Assembly (NCBI GenBank): GCA_963787465.1
Contig: CAWBDD010000018.1
Span: 29,612 to 93,611 of the forward strand
Origin: an uncultured Thermoplasmata archaeon
Lineage (GTDB): Archaea > Thermoplasmatota > Thermoplasmata > UBA10834
Direction of reading: 5' to 3'
DNA length: 64,000 nucleotides
The first letter of the stretch is position 1; each line of letters starts with the position of its first letter. This document shows, in pieces, positions 61,528-64,000 of this stretch. Below the pieces are notes generated by a model, which searched no databases, was not told the origin of the DNA, and saw only the letters and a program-made list of their open reading frames with translations. The position numbers and the translations under genes were made by a program.

Positions 61528-62613
61528 AGACTCGGCAGCCTGGACCATGGACTCACTTCCGGCATCATGAAGCGCGGAACGACCGCCGCACTCTTCTGTC
61601 GCTTCCCCTCAAGGCGCCCGTGCTATTTAGAGGGGTCGAAATGCGCTGTGCCTCGACAAATCCGTCCTCCGAATCCTGTGCCCTCACTGCGCATCTCTTC
61701 GGGTGCTGGCCACGCGGACCTCCCAGATTTAATTGTACTGTTCCCTGGAGAATGTCCACGAGAGAGAAACCAGATGACACCCAGATGGTCCATCTGGAGG
61801 ATCGAGGAGTGTATGCGATGGTCGGTTTTCCTCGCGTAATTCCCTCGCCTGTTCGAGCGTGATTTCGTATTAGAGCCTTCGCTCCGTTACTCGAGATTCT
61901 TGTATTGATAGGCGGCCCGACAAGGTGCATTATATGCAGTACATATACAAGAATTTGGAGATGCGCAACTACATTTACAAATGCTATGTGTACCATATTG
62001 TCGCCTCGGTGCATACGCTGTGATGTTAGGCACGGTGGCTCTCTGCGGAATGGGTTCGCATTCTCGAGGGAATATGCGCTCTGGCAGGGTGCTGGCTGGA
62101 TGTCTGGCTGCCCACGGGTGTGACCGTTGGGCCGGCGGATCAATTGGGGTCTAGCCTCTCATCACCAATCGTATGCGTCCTGAATCTCGCGGAGTGTCGC
62201 GACGTGTTAGCGTGGCTCACGCTGAGTAAGTCGTCCGTGTCGTGCGGTGACATAGCACGCCGTCCGCCGTCGTCGGACGGCATTTTAGGTATGAGGTATA
62301 CAAACTGCGGTGCTTGCGGTACATACTATGAAAATCAATCGATATGATGTATTCAGGGCCCTGCCTTGCCCCCGTAGGGGGCAAAGGGTGATCCGAGGGC
62401 TTAGAATCCCCTTTTTTCGGTGTCTCCTAGGGGGGTTTTAGCCCCTTTTTTCAGAACCGTGATACGGAGTAGCACGAATTCCTCATGAGTTGGGGTCTGG
62501 ACATAGCGCCCCACGGACGAGACGGCAACAAATAGGGTATAAGTTGTCGTTTTCACTAGGGGTGGGGAGGGGGTAGAGGGGGCTCAGGGCGTTTTAGACC
62601 CAAAATGCGTCAT

Positions 62614-62624
62614 TTTTATATAGA
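62614..62624 (+). promoter_or_regulatory. TATA box (TTTTTATATAG) upstream of recombinase
   Basis: About 57 nt upstream of the ATG at 62681. Confidence 0.4.
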
Positions 62625-62680
62625 CATAAACCGATGCTTTGTCGGACAATCGTCCAACAGGTAAGGGATGGGAACCTACC

Positions 62681-63334
62681 ATGAGAAAGTATCTCAAGGA
62701 GGACGAGCTAAAGGCGTTGCTCGAAGCTCCTAGACGGATGCGCGATCGTCTGATCATCAAACTCATGTACGAAACGGGGATGAGGGTCGGCGAGCTAGCG
62801 TCCTTGACAATCGGTGACGTGGACCTCGAGTCGAGCGAGGTAACGATTCAGAGGGCGAAGAGGCATGAGGAGGGCCGCAAGGTCCCGATCATCAACAGTT
62901 GGACCAAGACGATGCTCCACGACTATATCGGCACGAGGAAGAACCGGAAGGATCCGCTCTTCGTCTCGAACAAGCGTGGCCCGCTGTCCAGGCGGCAGGT
63001 GGAGCGGCTGGTCTCCAACTACGCCGAGAAGGTCGGCATCGAGCCAGATAAGCGCCACCCGCACGTCCTAAGACACACTCACGCCGTCCAGGCACTCAAG
63101 TCTGGCATAGACCTCAGGACTCTGCAGCAGAACCTGGGGCACTCCAGCATCGAGGTCACGGCCATATACCTCACGATGGACATCGACGACCGCAAGGAGC
63201 AGTACTCCAAGCATCCTCTCCCGGGCATGGCGGATTCTGATGAATCAGGGGAGGCTGGGACGGCTCGGGACGAGGAGGGGGTTTCCGTCCACTCGAACCA
63301 CTCGAGCTCCTTCGTGCTCTCAAGTGATGTATAG
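62681..63334 (+). CDS. small tyrosine recombinase, catalytic domain only (no N-terminal core-binding domain)
   Basis: 217 aa from MRKYLKEDELKALLEAP. Tyrosine-recombinase catalytic boxes: R (MRDRLIIKLMYETGMRVGEL), HVLRHTHA, RTLQQNLGHSSIEVTAIYL (Tyr). Acidic C-terminal tail. Confidence 0.8.
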   Translation: MRKYLKEDELKALLEAPRRMRDRLIIKLMYETGMRVGELASLTIGDVDLESSEVTIQRAKRHEEGRKVPIINSWTKTMLHDYIGTRKNRKDPLFVSNKRGPLSRRQVERLVSNYAEKVGIEPDKRHPHVLRHTHAVQALKSGIDLRTLQQNLGHSSIEVTAIYLTMDIDDRKEQYSKHPLPGMADSDESGEAGTARDEEGVSVHSNHSSSFVLSSDV

Positions 63335-63464
63335 CATCGTGCTAAACTATTTCCATATAAACATTTTACACATATATTTGTAAATGTCAGTGCTGAACAG
63401 GGGCTGCCGCACCCCTGCCGATGAACATTTTCGCAGACCCCGCGGGATTAATTCATATTCCTTG

Positions 63465-64000
63465 ATGCCCTATCGCGCGGTCGAGATGCCGGAAGAGTGG
63501 ACCGAGAAGTACAGACCCAAGACTCTTGCCGAGGTCATGGGCAACGCTGAAGCCGTTCGCAGCATGAAGCGGTGGGCTGATGCATGGTCCAGAGGCATCC
63601 CTCAGAAGAAGGCGCTCGTGTTGATGGGGGAGCCCGGAATAGGCAAGACCAGCTCGGCGTTGGCGCTGGCCAACGACTATGGCTGGGACATGGTCGAGAT
63701 GAACGCGTCCGACCACAGGAACGCCGAGTCGATCAAACGCGTCGCAGGCCAGGGTGCGGTATCCCAGACGTTGACCCTCGACGGGGAGTTCAAGTCAACG
63801 GCCCAGGGCAGGATGAAGCTAATAGTCCTGGACGAGGCGGACAACCTGTTCGGCCGCGAGGACTACGGCGGCGCGAAAGCGATAGTGGACGTCATCAAGT
63901 CATCGAGCCAGCCCATCATTCTCATCGTCAACGACTACTACGAGCTGACCAGGAAGGCGTCCGCGCTGAAGTCGCTCTCGGAATCCGTGGTGTTCAGGCG
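63465..64000 (+). CDS. rfcL: replication factor C large subunit (5' part; runs off window end)
   Basis: [21 protein letters not shown]...[19 protein letters not shown]...NASD...[10 protein letters not shown], in one frame. Confidence 0.8.
   Translation, partial: MPYRAVEMPEEWTEKYRPKTLAEVMGNAEAVRSMKRWADAWSRGIPQKKALVLMGEPGIGKTSSALALANDYGWDMVEMNASDHRNAESIKRVAGQGAVSQTLTLDGEFKSTAQGRMKLIVLDEADNLFGREDYGGAKAIVDVIKSSSQPIILIVNDYYELTRKASALKSLSESVVFR

Larger units (their letters stand above)
61543..64000. repeat. right arm of giant palindrome
   Basis: Centre loop agactcggcagcctg (61528-61542). Arms begin ..ggaagtgagtccatggtc / gaccatggactcacttcc... The arm runs to the window end. Confidence 0.9.

Noticed and set aside
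59697-63423. CRISPR array or IS element with terminal inverted repeats and a transposase.
   Set aside because: There are no short direct repeat-spacer units. The 'TIRs' are just the outer part of a continuous palindrome that extends through rfcL. The enclosed protein is a tyrosine recombinase, not a DDE transposase.
1-64000. rRNA genes, RNase P or SRP RNA.
   Set aside because: No rRNA-like conserved stretches noticed on reading. I cannot confidently recognise RNase P or 7S RNA by eye, so they are not called.

Overview
This 64 kb window is high-GC (about 60-62%) archaeal chromosomal DNA. The gene content points to a Thermoplasmata-type euryarchaeon, but I cannot confirm taxonomy from sequence alone. 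I found no rRNA genes and no CRISPR array.

Most of the window is conserved core gene content, interleaved with peptide-uptake, signalling and pilus-like loci:
- a ribosomal and transcription cluster (rps27ae-rps24e-DUF359-spt4-rpoE)
- the membrane pyrophosphatase hppA
- SRP54-trmY, purB, tRNA-Ala
- an Opp/Dpp-type peptide ABC transporter with two substrate-binding proteins, next to a secreted clostripain-like peptidase
- S2P protease
- a second ribosomal cluster (rps19e-PDCD5-rpl39e-rpl31e-aIF6)
- ubiX, leuS, the porGDAB pyruvate:ferredoxin oxidoreductase operon, tRNA-Leu
- a type IV pilus/Tad-like secretion locus
- a CheY-DUF835 pair, proteasome beta subunit, aCPSF1 and taw1

Four things stand out.

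1. The last ~5-6 kb of the window is a very large near-perfect palindrome centred at about position 61535. It mirrors a small tyrosine recombinase gene that lacks an N-terminal domain, a ~2 kb non-coding core, and the replication factor C large-subunit gene. This is either a remarkable recombinase-associated inverted duplication (hairpin structure) or a fold-back assembly chimera. Raw reads are needed to decide.

2. An operon encodes a tandem ribbon-helix-helix DNA-binding protein followed by an unusually short FtsZ/tubulin-like GTPase. Direct repeats sit in front of the promoter. This could be a tubulin-based analogue of ParR/ParM-type partition or division-control modules.

3. tRNA-Leu has a 55-bp direct repeat of its 3' half 476 bp downstream. 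This is an attL/attR-like scar around a low-GC remnant, immediately upstream of the pilus-like locus.

4. Several genes show apparent +1/-1 frameshifts at G/C homopolymers, including the essential SRP54 (two frameshifts), while most large genes are intact. This probably reflects consensus indel errors. The six-frame ORF track is fragmented as a result, and I merged fragments by eye.
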